64,000 nucleotides of DNA from Candidatus Latescibacterota bacterium (GTDB taxonomy: Bacteria > Latescibacterota > UBA2968 > GCA-2709665): NCBI GenBank assembly GCA_965219455.1, contig OZ244744.1:5780229-5844228 (forward strand). The letters are read 5' to 3'. The notes under the pieces were generated by a model. It saw only the letters and a program-made list of their open reading frames with translations. It had not been told where the DNA came from and made no database searches. The position numbers and the translations under genes are program-made. Shown piece by piece: positions 9,686 through 18,994 of the stretch (position 1 is the stretch's first letter; each line of letters begins with the position of its first letter).

Positions 9686-10876
9686 CTATCCGCGTTGCGC
9701 TTTCCACGAAATCAGAGCATTCGCAATTGTCTCCGTCATTTCTCTCACGTCGGCGCAGTGGGACTCGATACTATCGGGAACGGCCTGCAGAAACGTCCGG
9801 ATCGTACCCGCGTGCTCGCTCACGTACCGGTCTCCATAGACGTTGAGTTCCGGCTCTCTGGGATCGATCAATACACGCCGATTCTCCAGCGGCTGAACGT
9901 GGTAATTCTCCATGATCGCCGCCTCGACGACGGCGCCCTTCGCCCGCAAATGTTGCGGCATGGAATCTTTGTCGTGCATTCCGATGCTCCGGGTGAATCC
10001 CTCACGGGTAAAGTGGGCATGCACCTCGATCGAGGCATCCGGTCGGGTGTCCAGCAGATATTTCCAGAGCGCCTCGGTTTCCATCGGCGCACCCTTGCCT
10101 TCAACGAGGTTGTTGATTCCGAACTTGGGCACCTCGCCGACCGCGTTGGTAACGCTGTGGCCCACGAAGACACCATCCGGATTCAGCATCGGCATCAGAC
10201 AGAACTGAACCTTATCCAGAAGCCGCTGTGCTCGTGCCGTGGGGATGGTCAACCAGTGGGCGACGTGCATAATGCCCCACGAAACCGGCTCACAGGACTG
10301 CATGGTAGCATCCACCAGCAGTTTCAGTTCGCGCGGCGGCGACTCCAGTACTGGAAGCGGTCGCCCATGGGCGGATGTCCCGATCTCTCGACAGGTCCAG
10401 ACATCGGAATATTCGGCCAGTCGCTTAGCTTTCTCGAGCACTGTATCGGGCGCCTCATAGGGCGCCGAGGCGATACGGACGGCTTCGCCGGGGTGGACAT
10501 CCACGGAAGTGTCCATATATTCATGCTCGTGATAGTCCGTATCTTCCCGCGGCATCCATGCCCAACCCGTATCTTGTCGCCAGACCCACCAGGGCGGATA
10601 CAAATAGTTCGACCCCTTTCTGCTCAACAGAAATCGGAGTTTCACCCTGCGCGCGGCATCGCCCGAATTGCGTACACGCACATGGGCCATGTATTCTTTC
10701 GGAACGCCGGCCCCGGCAAATAGTTCATCGAGCAGATCCTGAAACCACCGGGGAATCTCCTCGGGCTGGTAGCCGATCTCATAGAGGCCGCAGGGCGTGA
10801 TGCGCATCTCTCCCGCGCTGCTGCATGGAAACTCGTCGTCGATCTGAATCCCGGCATCCGTATCAACCAGTCTCAT
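9686..10876 (-). CDS. M14 zinc carboxypeptidase-fold protein with an atypical active site
   Basis: IGTSAHGRPL, PMLNPDG and IEVH motifs; the HxxE position reads QSCE. Strong AGGAGG RBS. Confidence 0.7.
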   Translation of the reverse strand: MRLVDTDAGIQIDDEFPCSSAGEMRITPCGLYEIGYQPEEIPRWFQDLLDELFAGAGVPKEYMAHVRVRNSGDAARRVKLRFLLSRKGSNYLYPPWWVWRQDTGWAWMPREDTDYHEHEYMDTSVDVHPGEAVRIASAPYEAPDTVLEKAKRLAEYSDVWTCREIGTSAHGRPLPVLESPPRELKLLVDATMQSCEPVSWGIMHVAHWLTIPTARAQRLLDKVQFCLMPMLNPDGVFVGHSVTNAVGEVPKFGINNLVEGKGAPMETEALWKYLLDTRPDASIEVHAHFTREGFTRSIGMHDKDSMPQHLRAKGAVVEAAIMENYHVQPLENRRVLIDPREPELNVYGDRYVSEHAGTIRTFLQAVPDSIESHCADVREMTETIANALISWKAQRG

Positions 10877-10891
10877 CGATCACTCCTCCTC

Positions 10892-10942
10892 TTGGTGTCC
10901 CGTCCCGAAAATAGGTTGCCTATTTCCGGGACAGAACACTAG
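10892..10942. mobile_element. 51-bp mini-MITE-like palindrome made of two inverted ends
   Basis: TTGGTGTCCCGTCCCGAAAATAGG-ttg-CCTATTTCCGGGACAGAACACTAG; the arms match at about 19 of 24 positions and the right arm contains the comA stop codon. Confidence 0.6.
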
Positions 10943-11721
10943 GCGCTGCCCGCATTGACGCCCAGTTCCCGGCGATATGCTTCCAGCGTCATCAGATCAT
11001 CCGGCAGCACGTTGCCCAGATTCACCTCCGAACCGTACCGGTCGACAAGGATCCGCCGCATCTGGTGAATGTGGTGCGGGTTGACCCCCGAGATCCATGG
11101 CCCCGGCAATTCGAACATAACGTTCTCCAGGCCGGCGACCTTCACGGCCTGCTCGACCTGGCGCGCCTTGTCGGCATCATTGTCAACAAGTTCGGCCGCT
11201 TCCAGCAGAACGATGCGGGATCCTGCGTCCAGACACGCCTTCACGTCATCCGCCAGGGGTATGCTCACGTCCAAGCCCTCCTTCTGCCCGACCTCCCCCA
11301 ACACCTTAAGCCCATGTACGTCTACTGCCTGCCGGATCATTTTCAGCTTCCATTCGTGTGTAACCACCGCCAGGTTGTCCGACACCTCGACCCAGCGATA
11401 GCCAGCGGAAACCACGGCAGGCAAGTACAGGGCGGCCTTGCTTTGCACCTCAGCGTATTCCAGGTATTGCCCGCCTGGAAACGGTTCGATATTGTGGTCC
11501 AGATAACGCTTGATTTTCGCTGTCAGCACATCGTTGGTCAGTAGCCTCGAAATGCCGACGGCCACCTTCGCGAAGTCAAAAAAAGGGGCCGCGGCCTCAA
11601 TCAGATCAGACTGTGCCCCCGACCCGAGACCCCAGTCCACCACCATGGTCAACCCCAGATCACGAGGTTTTCCCGACCGATACCGGCCGTCCAACCCGCC
11701 AAAGATATGATCGCTGTACAA
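10939..11721 (-). CDS. comA: Phosphosulfolactate synthase (ComA) family protein
   Basis: RSGKPRDLGLTMVVDWGL, DFAKVAVG, VEVSDN, EVGQK, MFELP, VNLGNV and LEAYRRELG motifs. Probable TTG start at 11721 after GAGGAGG. Confidence 0.85.
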   Translation of the reverse strand: MYSDHIFGGLDGRYRSGKPRDLGLTMVVDWGLGSGAQSDLIEAAAPFFDFAKVAVGISRLLTNDVLTAKIKRYLDHNIEPFPGGQYLEYAEVQSKAALYLPAVVSAGYRWVEVSDNLAVVTHEWKLKMIRQAVDVHGLKVLGEVGQKEGLDVSIPLADDVKACLDAGSRIVLLEAAELVDNDADKARQVEQAVKVAGLENVMFELPGPWISGVNPHHIHQMRRILVDRYGSEVNLGNVLPDDLMTLEAYRRELGVNAGSA

Positions 11722-11826
11722 AATGCATACCCTCCTCAGACAAGCACGGATCCGGTCACACCGACGCCAGGCCCCGCACTCCCGAACCAACGAGCGAACC
11801 GCAGGAACCCGGAGCGCGGCCGGCGA

Positions 11827-14226
11827 TCAGTCACAATCCTTCCGATAGACCGCGTCCGGGCCGTACCGCCGCTCGAATACCGCTTTGGAACGTCCGGTCA
11901 AATTTCCGCACGTGAAGGCGCCATCCCGAACGGCGTCGTATCCGGGAACGGCGCCCGCATAGATATCCTCTACGCCATTGTAAGAGATCCTGATTCCGGA
12001 CGCGCGCCCAGACCCATCGTCGACCCGTTCGACGACCACGTCCGGCACGACTCCCGTAAATGGATACAAAACGGAATAAAACTCCGCGTGCCCGCCCCCG
12101 GACGCAATCCGTTTCGGCAGTCGGAAATACGGAATATAGATCCAGCCCGGCGCCCCTCTTGGCGGATACCCCTGACCTGTCCACGCCTGTTTCCGGAAAC
12201 CGCCGCAGAGGCCCTGGTGAATTGGCAGAGGCACGGATCCGATATCTTCGGAGAGCCACAACAGGCGTTGATTTCCGTTGCCGTTTCGGAAACACACCAT
12301 GCCGGCCGCCTGCGACTCGACGTCGCCGTAGACGTGCAACAGCCAGTCCAGGTCGAATCCTTCGGACTCGGCAACCAGCGCGTCGTGTATCAGAAAATAC
12401 CCTCCCCGGGGGTGAACAATTGTACGGCGGTGTACCAGGCCCGGGTAGCCTTCGCATTGATACGCACAGACCATATCCATGTCATTGTCGGTGTGCCAAA
12501 ACACCAGTTTGCCTGTGCATTCTTCCTGACTCACGTTATTCGCCAGCACGGTATTGTGTGATATGGTCTGCTTGTGCCAGGTGTACTGTTCCTGAAAAAT
12601 GCAGTAATGAGGCGAATTCCCCGCGTCCGGAATCCAGTGATGTCCGTTGGCGAACATGATGAAGCCAAGCTTGTCCGGGTGCCCATGTCCGCCCCCGTGC
12701 GGACCAAAGTCGAAAATAAGGTACGCGTCCTCTGCCGACCACCCATCCCGCATCACCGCCAACCCGGAATCCGGCAACAGCACCGAGGTATAGGGAGGAT
12801 TCTCCTGCCGGACCGGCCTGAGTTCCAACCCGTGCATGGAGGGCACCTCCCCTGAATCCATCGCCATCCGCATCAGGTCCCCACGCCCGATCAGGTAAAG
12901 CGGAACCCGGAGTTCCGGCCAGTCCGTCAGCAGATGGGCGTCGTTCCCGTTGGAATCGTTAATGGAGGGGATTTCCCCGAACGGCGTCATTGTCTTGCAC
13001 AGGGCCTCCAGCACGAACTCCAGCGATTTACCGTTATACGCTTTCGACCACACCGGATCTCCCATCAGATACTTGCCCAGCGCGTACCTGCACATTCCCC
13101 TGATCATATAAACCGAATGCGAAGGCGAACATTCCCACCAGTATCCGTCGTCCAGGAAGGGCTCGAAACAGGATCCGTACAGTTCATCGGCCAGCTTCAC
13201 CCAACGGCCCACCTCCGGAAAATCTTCCAGATAGTGTGCCAGAAAGACCATCTCGGCCAACGAACACGCCGCCCAGTTCTCCCGCGCCTCGAACCGGTCC
13301 CGCATGGCCAGGTATTGGAACTCGCCGAGGTCCACCAGAAAAAAGAGAAACCGCAACCGGTCCGAAAGCGTAAGATGCGGCGACGAAGCAAGCACGTCGT
13401 ACGCTTCTATCGTTTCCCTCAGGTTATACGCCGGATCCTGGAAGGTTACCGCTTTCCAGTTAATTCCTACAAATCGAAACGACTGGTATCGATCGTAATG
13501 CGCCAGATTTGCCAGCAATACATCCCGCGCCTTCAACGCGTACTGCTGGTCACCGGTTGTCGCAAAAGCGTCCGCGCACCCCTGCAGGACAGCGCGTCTG
13601 GCATGATCCTTTTCGTTTATCACCCTCCCGGTCTGTTGCCCGTTGTAAAGACTTTTCGGAATCGGCTCCCATGTGGGGACCTCGGCATTCAACAGGGAAG
13701 GGTCCGGCATCTCATCGCCACGCCCGGGCCGGCCGTCCGGGATCGCCACGAGCCTCGCCGTATCTCGCTGCAGAAATAATTGGATATAAGACGGTAACCG
13801 ATTTGTCGCGTAAACCTCCACCCCGTTCAGAGCGACAACCTCGCCGGCGTCAGCCTCTCTTCCGTGCAGGTCCTGGCTCACCGGACGCAGAATCCGGACC
13901 CTCAGCCCCTCTGCCCGGACATCGTCGGACAGATGTAGTTTCACCCTGGGTCCGAGTACGACGTTGTTTCGGATCGATTCCTGCGTACGCCACGTGCCGG
14001 ACACGCGAACTTCAACATCGTAATCGGCGGGCATCGCCTTCCATCGAAGTACCAGCACATCGCAAGAAACAGGATCATCAAACAAAACCTCGACCTCGCA
14101 CGCTCCCGACACCGACGGCCATTGTACCGCGGTTTCGATGTTGCCGTCCCTGAGGATCGAGACCTCGGGTGCAGTGGCCCCTCTAAGCGTCACCCGTCCC
14201 CTGTTCAACAGGTTCCTGTTCCGCAT
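11827..14226 (-). CDS. Heparinase II/III-like polysaccharide lyase with a probable N-terminal discoidin-like domain
   Basis: ENW, DGYWWECSPSH, PSINDS, SGLAVMR, FDFGPHGGGHGHPDKL and TISHNTV motifs; no clear signal peptide. Confidence 0.8.
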   Translation of the reverse strand: MRNRNLLNRGRVTLRGATAPEVSILRDGNIETAVQWPSVSGACEVEVLFDDPVSCDVLVLRWKAMPADYDVEVRVSGTWRTQESIRNNVVLGPRVKLHLSDDVRAEGLRVRILRPVSQDLHGREADAGEVVALNGVEVYATNRLPSYIQLFLQRDTARLVAIPDGRPGRGDEMPDPSLLNAEVPTWEPIPKSLYNGQQTGRVINEKDHARRAVLQGCADAFATTGDQQYALKARDVLLANLAHYDRYQSFRFVGINWKAVTFQDPAYNLRETIEAYDVLASSPHLTLSDRLRFLFFLVDLGEFQYLAMRDRFEARENWAACSLAEMVFLAHYLEDFPEVGRWVKLADELYGSCFEPFLDDGYWWECSPSHSVYMIRGMCRYALGKYLMGDPVWSKAYNGKSLEFVLEALCKTMTPFGEIPSINDSNGNDAHLLTDWPELRVPLYLIGRGDLMRMAMDSGEVPSMHGLELRPVRQENPPYTSVLLPDSGLAVMRDGWSAEDAYLIFDFGPHGGGHGHPDKLGFIMFANGHHWIPDAGNSPHYCIFQEQYTWHKQTISHNTVLANNVSQEECTGKLVFWHTDNDMDMVCAYQCEGYPGLVHRRTIVHPRGGYFLIHDALVAESEGFDLDWLLHVYGDVESQAAGMVCFRNGNGNQRLLWLSEDIGSVPLPIHQGLCGGFRKQAWTGQGYPPRGAPGWIYIPYFRLPKRIASGGGHAEFYSVLYPFTGVVPDVVVERVDDGSGRASGIRISYNGVEDIYAGAVPGYDAVRDGAFTCGNLTGRSKAVFERRYGPDAVYRKDCD

Positions 14227-14424
14227 ATGCTGGCATTACTCCAATATTGAACGATCCCACCGGATCCTGGCGTCGACTTGAAGTGGCCCGAACCCAGGCG
14301 GAGCCCCGCACGTTGCGATCTCGCAGGATTGGGGAAATCGGACTCGGCGTTCAGCAGCGCGAAATTGACGGCACGAACGGCGTGTATGACCGGATGGTGG
14401 CAACTGAATAACCCTGAATTCAGC

Positions 14425-14467
14425 CAGAAACAGACCTCCGGAACGAAGATTCCGGGGTTCTGTTTTG
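14425..14467. terminator. Long intergenic hairpin, probable terminator downstream of cobO
   Basis: AAACAGACCTCCGGAA pairs imperfectly with TTCCGGGGTTCTGTTT. Confidence 0.5.
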
Positions 14468-14682
14468 TCGGTTGAAATGACGTCGCTCAACCCGAAACGG
14501 TCCACAAGATAAACGGGCAAACAGGCCGAAACAAACACTTTTCCCACGCCCGCTGCACAACAAAAATACCGACCGTCCGCTGTCGGCAGGAATTTCCATC
14601 AATCCACGGGCTCTTGTTGGCATCACCTCAGGGGCGCCGGATAGCATGGTTGTCTCCACCCCGACGCTCATGCGGCGGCCCG

Positions 14683-15294
14683 TTAAAACTCAACCCCCTT
14701 CCTGGCGGGAATTCCCTGCGCATAATAGTGCTTAACTTTTCGCATTTCCGTCACCAGATCCACGCGTTTGACCAGGGCGTCCCAGACCTTGTGTCCTGAA
14801 AGCGCCAGTTCGCACCGGCGTCCCGCGTCGTACAGATCCAGCAACGCCATCACGTCCGCTCGTTTCAGCAGACCATAGGCAACCGCCGCCAGGAGCTCAT
14901 CCAGAATCAGCAGATCCTGGGTTCCCTCCCGTACCAGCAGCCGGGCGAGTTCCAGCCCGCGCCGTGCCTCCTCAATGTCCTGAGGCTCCGCTCCAAATCG
15001 AAACGACCCATCCTGCATCATGCGTTCACGTCCCGTCGGATGCAGCTCGATTCCTTCCAGTTTCCTCAAGACGTGGCGCTCGGAGTAATGCTCGGTTTCT
15101 CCGTCGTACCCCTTGTCGAACTGCACCAGGGCCACCTGTCCTCCGGCTCCCAGGACCCGGATTGCCAGCCCCACACAGCACGTCGTCTTTCCCTTTCCGT
15201 ACCCGTAATAGACGTGGACCTGGTGATACTTCTCCTCACTTCCCGCCGGCGGGATGACGCGAGGGCCGGCAGCCGCCCGCTTGCGATCCGTCAT
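14683..15294 (-). CDS. cobO: Cob(I)yrinic acid a,c-diamide adenosyltransferase (CobO/BtuR/CobA family)
   Basis: HVYYGYGKGKTT P-loop, LLILDEL, DLVTEMRKVKHYY..GIPARKGVEF. Confidence 0.92.
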   Translation of the reverse strand: MTDRKRAAAGPRVIPPAGSEEKYHQVHVYYGYGKGKTTCCVGLAIRVLGAGGQVALVQFDKGYDGETEHYSERHVLRKLEGIELHPTGRERMMQDGSFRFGAEPQDIEEARRGLELARLLVREGTQDLLILDELLAAVAYGLLKRADVMALLDLYDAGRRCELALSGHKVWDALVKRVDLVTEMRKVKHYYAQGIPARKGVEF

Positions 15295-15390
15295 TCGAGC
15301 GTCTCCTTACCTTTTGATGTGCCACACGAATTCATCTTTTTCAAATACAAACAGGTGGCGAAGTCGAATATTTTCAATTATCTTTTACAC

Positions 15391-16320
15391 ATGGATCCCA
15401 GCAACAATCCACCGGCACCAATTCCGTCTGCATTCTCTGGTACGTCACTCAACGAGGCATTCGCCTATTGCGAAGCCCTGACGCGAAACCACTACGAAAA
15501 CTTCCCGGTGGGTTCTTATCTGATTCCGGCCAAGATACGTCCTCACGTGTACAGTATATATGCCTTTGCTCGTACCGCCGACGACCTGGCCGATGAACCC
15601 GGCCTGGCTGCCGATGAACGCACCGAACGACTGGACGATTGGGAGGAAAAACTCGCCTCCTGCCTGGCAGCGCCCGATGGTCCCATTCTGACTGCCCTGG
15701 CCGAAACGATCCGGTCACGACAGATTCCTCGCCAATATCTACACGACCTGCTCCATGCATTTAAAATGGATGTGGTTACGCACAGGCACGCGACATTCAA
15801 CCATTTGCTGGCTTACTGCCGGTACTCCGCAGCGCCGGTGGGCCGCCTTATTCTGCATCTCTTCTCCTACACAGACGAGCGCCGACGATATCTTTCCGAT
15901 CTGATTTGTACGGCACTTCAACTGGCCAACTTCTGGCAGGACGTCGCAATCGACTATTCACGGGGTCGCATCTACCTCCCCCAGACCGACATGGCCCGTT
16001 TCGGCGTGACGGAAAACGATCTGGCGGAAAGTCGGCTTACAGACGGCTTCAGGGCATTGTTGGCCTGCGAAATCGACCGCACCAGAGTTCTATTCCTTAA
16101 GGGGTCCGAACTGCCGGATCTGGTGTCGGGCCGACTCAAATACGAACTCCGGCTGACCTGGCTGGGCGGGTTGCGAATCCTCGACAAGATCTGTGCCGAA
16201 GGATACGATATATTCCGTTGTCGCCCGAAGGTCGAAAAAAGAGATATTTTCGGCCTGCTCTTCCGTGCCCTCTTCTGGGATCCGCGTCGGAGTGACGATT
16301 CCCGGCTTCTTCCTTTATGA
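15391..16320 (+). CDS. hpnC: Squalene pathway enzyme HpnC
   Basis: HYENFPVGS, YAFARTADDLADE, YCRYSAAPVGR, LQLANFWQDV and GRIYLP motifs. Start moved to ATG 15391. Confidence 0.92.
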   Translation: MDPSNNPPAPIPSAFSGTSLNEAFAYCEALTRNHYENFPVGSYLIPAKIRPHVYSIYAFARTADDLADEPGLAADERTERLDDWEEKLASCLAAPDGPILTALAETIRSRQIPRQYLHDLLHAFKMDVVTHRHATFNHLLAYCRYSAAPVGRLILHLFSYTDERRRYLSDLICTALQLANFWQDVAIDYSRGRIYLPQTDMARFGVTENDLAESRLTDGFRALLACEIDRTRVLFLKGSELPDLVSGRLKYELRLTWLGGLRILDKICAEGYDIFRCRPKVEKRDIFGLLFRALFWDPRRSDDSRLLPL

Positions 16321-17177
16321 ACATCAAATACTACACAGCGGCGCTCGTGCGCAAAGCGCGCAGCAATTTTTATTACGCTTTCGTTTTTCTGCCCAGAACC
16401 AAGCGAGACGCCATCTTCGCCACGTACGCCTTCAGCCGTCACACCGATGACCTGGTTGACGACGCGGATTCACGGGAAACTGCCGCCCGAAACCTCTCGA
16501 ACTGGCGCACCGAAACCCACGCGTGTTTCGACGGCAGGCCGCAGCACCCGATTACGGCAAACCTTCACAAAACGCTGAAGCACTTCAAAATCCCCAAAGA
16601 ACACTTTCTAAAGCTGATTGACGGCGTGGAAATGGACCTTGTCAAGAATCGCTACCAGACCTTCGGCGATCTATACGAATATTGTTACCGTGTCGCCTCC
16701 ATCGTCGGTCTCATATGCATCGAAATCTTCGGATACACCAAACGGGCATCTCAGGATTACGCCGTCAACCTAGGGATTGCCCTCCAACTTACCAACATCC
16801 TTCGCGACATCAAAAACGACGCATCGAGAGATCGCATCTATCTGCCGCTGGAAGATCTGAAACGCTTCAATTACCCGGAAAAAGACCTTTTCGCAGGGAT
16901 CTCCACGTCCCGATTCCGCAACCTGATGCAATTCCAATGCCGAAGGGCACGGAGCTACTACAAAAAAGCGGCGCAATCCCTACCGGAAGAGGATCGCCAG
17001 AGCCTCTTTCCAGCAGAAATCATGGGTTGCATCTACAGCCGCCTTCTCAGCCGTATCGAAGCGGTCAACTACAACGTTTATCATCATCCGATTCGCGTGA
17101 ACAATCTGAACAAGCTGGGCATCGCACTGGAACTCTGCCTTCGCAGCCGGGTGGGAACGCGAGAGAAGTCGCCGTGA
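16317..17177 (+). CDS. hpnD: Presqualene diphosphate synthase HpnD
   Basis: SNFYYAF, DDLVDD, YCYRVASIVG, LQLTNILRD and RIYLP motifs; ATGA overlap with hpnC. Confidence 0.92.
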   Translation: MNIKYYTAALVRKARSNFYYAFVFLPRTKRDAIFATYAFSRHTDDLVDDADSRETAARNLSNWRTETHACFDGRPQHPITANLHKTLKHFKIPKEHFLKLIDGVEMDLVKNRYQTFGDLYEYCYRVASIVGLICIEIFGYTKRASQDYAVNLGIALQLTNILRDIKNDASRDRIYLPLEDLKRFNYPEKDLFAGISTSRFRNLMQFQCRRARSYYKKAAQSLPEEDRQSLFPAEIMGCIYSRLLSRIEAVNYNVYHHPIRVNNLNKLGIALELCLRSRVGTREKSP

Positions 17178-18499
17178 GGCACGTGATTATAATCGGCGGC
17201 GGATTTGCCGGTCTCGCCGCAGGTGTTCGCCTTGCTGAAAGCGGTAACTGCGTCGTCAGCCTGTTTGAGCGCAGGAAACATCTGGGTGGCCGGGCGTATT
17301 CGTTTACCGATCGCGCAACGGGCGATACCGTGGACAACGGCCAGCACCTTTTTATGAAATGCTACCTCAAAACCCGGGAGTTCCTGGAAACCATCGGCAC
17401 CGGGGACCGCCTGCGTTTTCAGGGACAATTCCGGCTGGATTTTATTCATCCCGACCTGGGGCGCACCGCCCTCACGTTTCCCCGGCTTCTACCGCCTCCC
17501 CTCAATCTGTTGGCTGGCTTTATGCGTTACAGGCCGGTCGACGTGGGGGACGTCGTTCGGCTGCATCGCGTCAGAACGGCACTCAAGGCGCCCACGCCAC
17601 CCGGCCTCACCGTGAACGACTGGCTGGAGGAATGCAAGCAATCTCCATCCATCCGGCAAGCGTTCTGGGATCCGCTCTGCATCTCCGCACTGAATCAACA
17701 ACCGCATGCTGCCCCGGCCGCACAACTGAAAGCCGTCCTGAACCAGGCGTTCTTCTGGCGCTCCGATTCGACCGTGATGGGCTATGCCGGTGTTGGGCTC
17801 AGCGCGATGTATACCGGGGCGGCAAGTACTTTCATCCAGCGGCACGGCGGCATTTGCCACGTCGGCGACGCTGCCGGAGAACTGCACGTTACCCATAACG
17901 ACAAAATACGGATCCGGTTGAGATCGGGCACAGTTGTGGCGGCGGATGCCGCCATCTGCGCGATAACGCCACCCGCGCTGTCCCGCCTGCTGCCAAGAGG
18001 CTTCGAAGACCTCAAAGCACGCTTGAAGACCTTCTATCCTTCCCCTATCCTTTCGGTCAACCTCTGGTTCAAGAGGCCCATTCTCAACAGGCCCTTCGTG
18101 GGCCTCCTCAAGGGCCATATGGACTGGGTATTCAACAAACCGATGCTCTACGACGGTCGTGACAGAGCGTCACCCGGGCACGTAACCCTGGTTGCAAGCG
18201 CCGCCGACCGTCTGGTGGACCAGCCGGATGAAAGGCTCGTGGAAATCGCGCTGAGGGACCTGCATACGTTTCTGCCTGAAACCAGAATAATCCCTCTGGA
18301 ACACCACCTGGTTGTGCGGGAGCGGCAAGCAACATTCGCTCTTCCTCGCGGCCATTCACCCCCACCCAATCGCACGGCCGCGCCCAGCGTCTTCATTGCG
18401 GGGGACTGGACCGACACCGGTCTACCGGCCACGGTCGAAAGCGCCGTGGAAAGCGGCTATCGGGCAGCTGCGCTTGCGCTCGAATACCTGAATGCATAG
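17174..18499 (+). CDS. hpnE: Hydroxysqualene dehydroxylase HpnE (FAD-dependent)
   Basis: IIGGGFAGLAA, LGGRAYSF, VDNGQH and AGDWTDTGLPATVESAVESG motifs; GTGA overlap with the hpnD stop. Confidence 0.92.
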   Translation: MRHVIIIGGGFAGLAAGVRLAESGNCVVSLFERRKHLGGRAYSFTDRATGDTVDNGQHLFMKCYLKTREFLETIGTGDRLRFQGQFRLDFIHPDLGRTALTFPRLLPPPLNLLAGFMRYRPVDVGDVVRLHRVRTALKAPTPPGLTVNDWLEECKQSPSIRQAFWDPLCISALNQQPHAAPAAQLKAVLNQAFFWRSDSTVMGYAGVGLSAMYTGAASTFIQRHGGICHVGDAAGELHVTHNDKIRIRLRSGTVVAADAAICAITPPALSRLLPRGFEDLKARLKTFYPSPILSVNLWFKRPILNRPFVGLLKGHMDWVFNKPMLYDGRDRASPGHVTLVASAADRLVDQPDERLVEIALRDLHTFLPETRIIPLEHHLVVRERQATFALPRGHSPPPNRTAAPSVFIAGDWTDTGLPATVESAVESGYRAAALALEYLNA

Positions 18500-18515
18500 A
18501 GCGGCCGCCGGGACA

Positions 18516-18905
18516 CTAGCCGACCCTGAAGTTCGCAACCCCTTGTTCAATGTAGATTCTGGTCTCGATATCCACGGCCGTAATCCCTTGAATGTAAGGG
18601 TCGCCGTCGGCATTCACCGCGGCCAGAGGCAGTCCGTCGATCTGGTAGAAATTCTCTCCGTCGCAAGCTTGAGCGGTCAGTTCGGGGTCCGCGCCGGTAC
18701 GCGCGCTGAATCTATCGTAAAAATCGTCCGGCGCCATTGCGTAAAGATTGGCGCCCGAGCCTACATACTCGCCCGTATCCGGGTGCCGGCTGAACCCGAG
18801 CCGTGTAAGGAATTCCGCGTGGGCCTTCAGGTTTCCCATCACCACGACGGTATCCTTTTCCTCAAGAACAAAGCTCTGAAATTTCCCGATCTCCCGTTTG
18901 AGCAT
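18516..18905 (-). CDS. Hypothetical protein (129 aa)
   Basis: AAGGAGG RBS, protein-like composition, fills the gap between thrC and hpnE. Confidence 0.7.
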   Translation of the reverse strand: MLKREIGKFQSFVLEEKDTVVVMGNLKAHAEFLTRLGFSRHPDTGEYVGSGANLYAMAPDDFYDRFSARTGADPELTAQACDGENFYQIDGLPLAAVNADGDPYIQGITAVDIETRIYIEQGVANFRVG

Positions 18906-18994
18906 CGGTTCGGCACCTCCTTTCGTGCGCTATTATTGTTCCTTCTACCCGGTTGGCCGGCACTCCTGCAGAGCAATCGCCCAGGTGTATCGGA

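Noticed and set aside
14470-14680. Cobalamin or SAM riboswitch near cobO
   Set aside because: The region is downstream of cobO and I could not find the conserved core motifs of either riboswitch.
15040-15390. N-terminal extensions of track ORFs for hpnC (from 15040), hpnE (from 16682) and GT2 (from 36539)
   Set aside because: They overlap other genes or lack homology-like sequence; downstream starts fit the family N-termini and RBS or overlap patterns.
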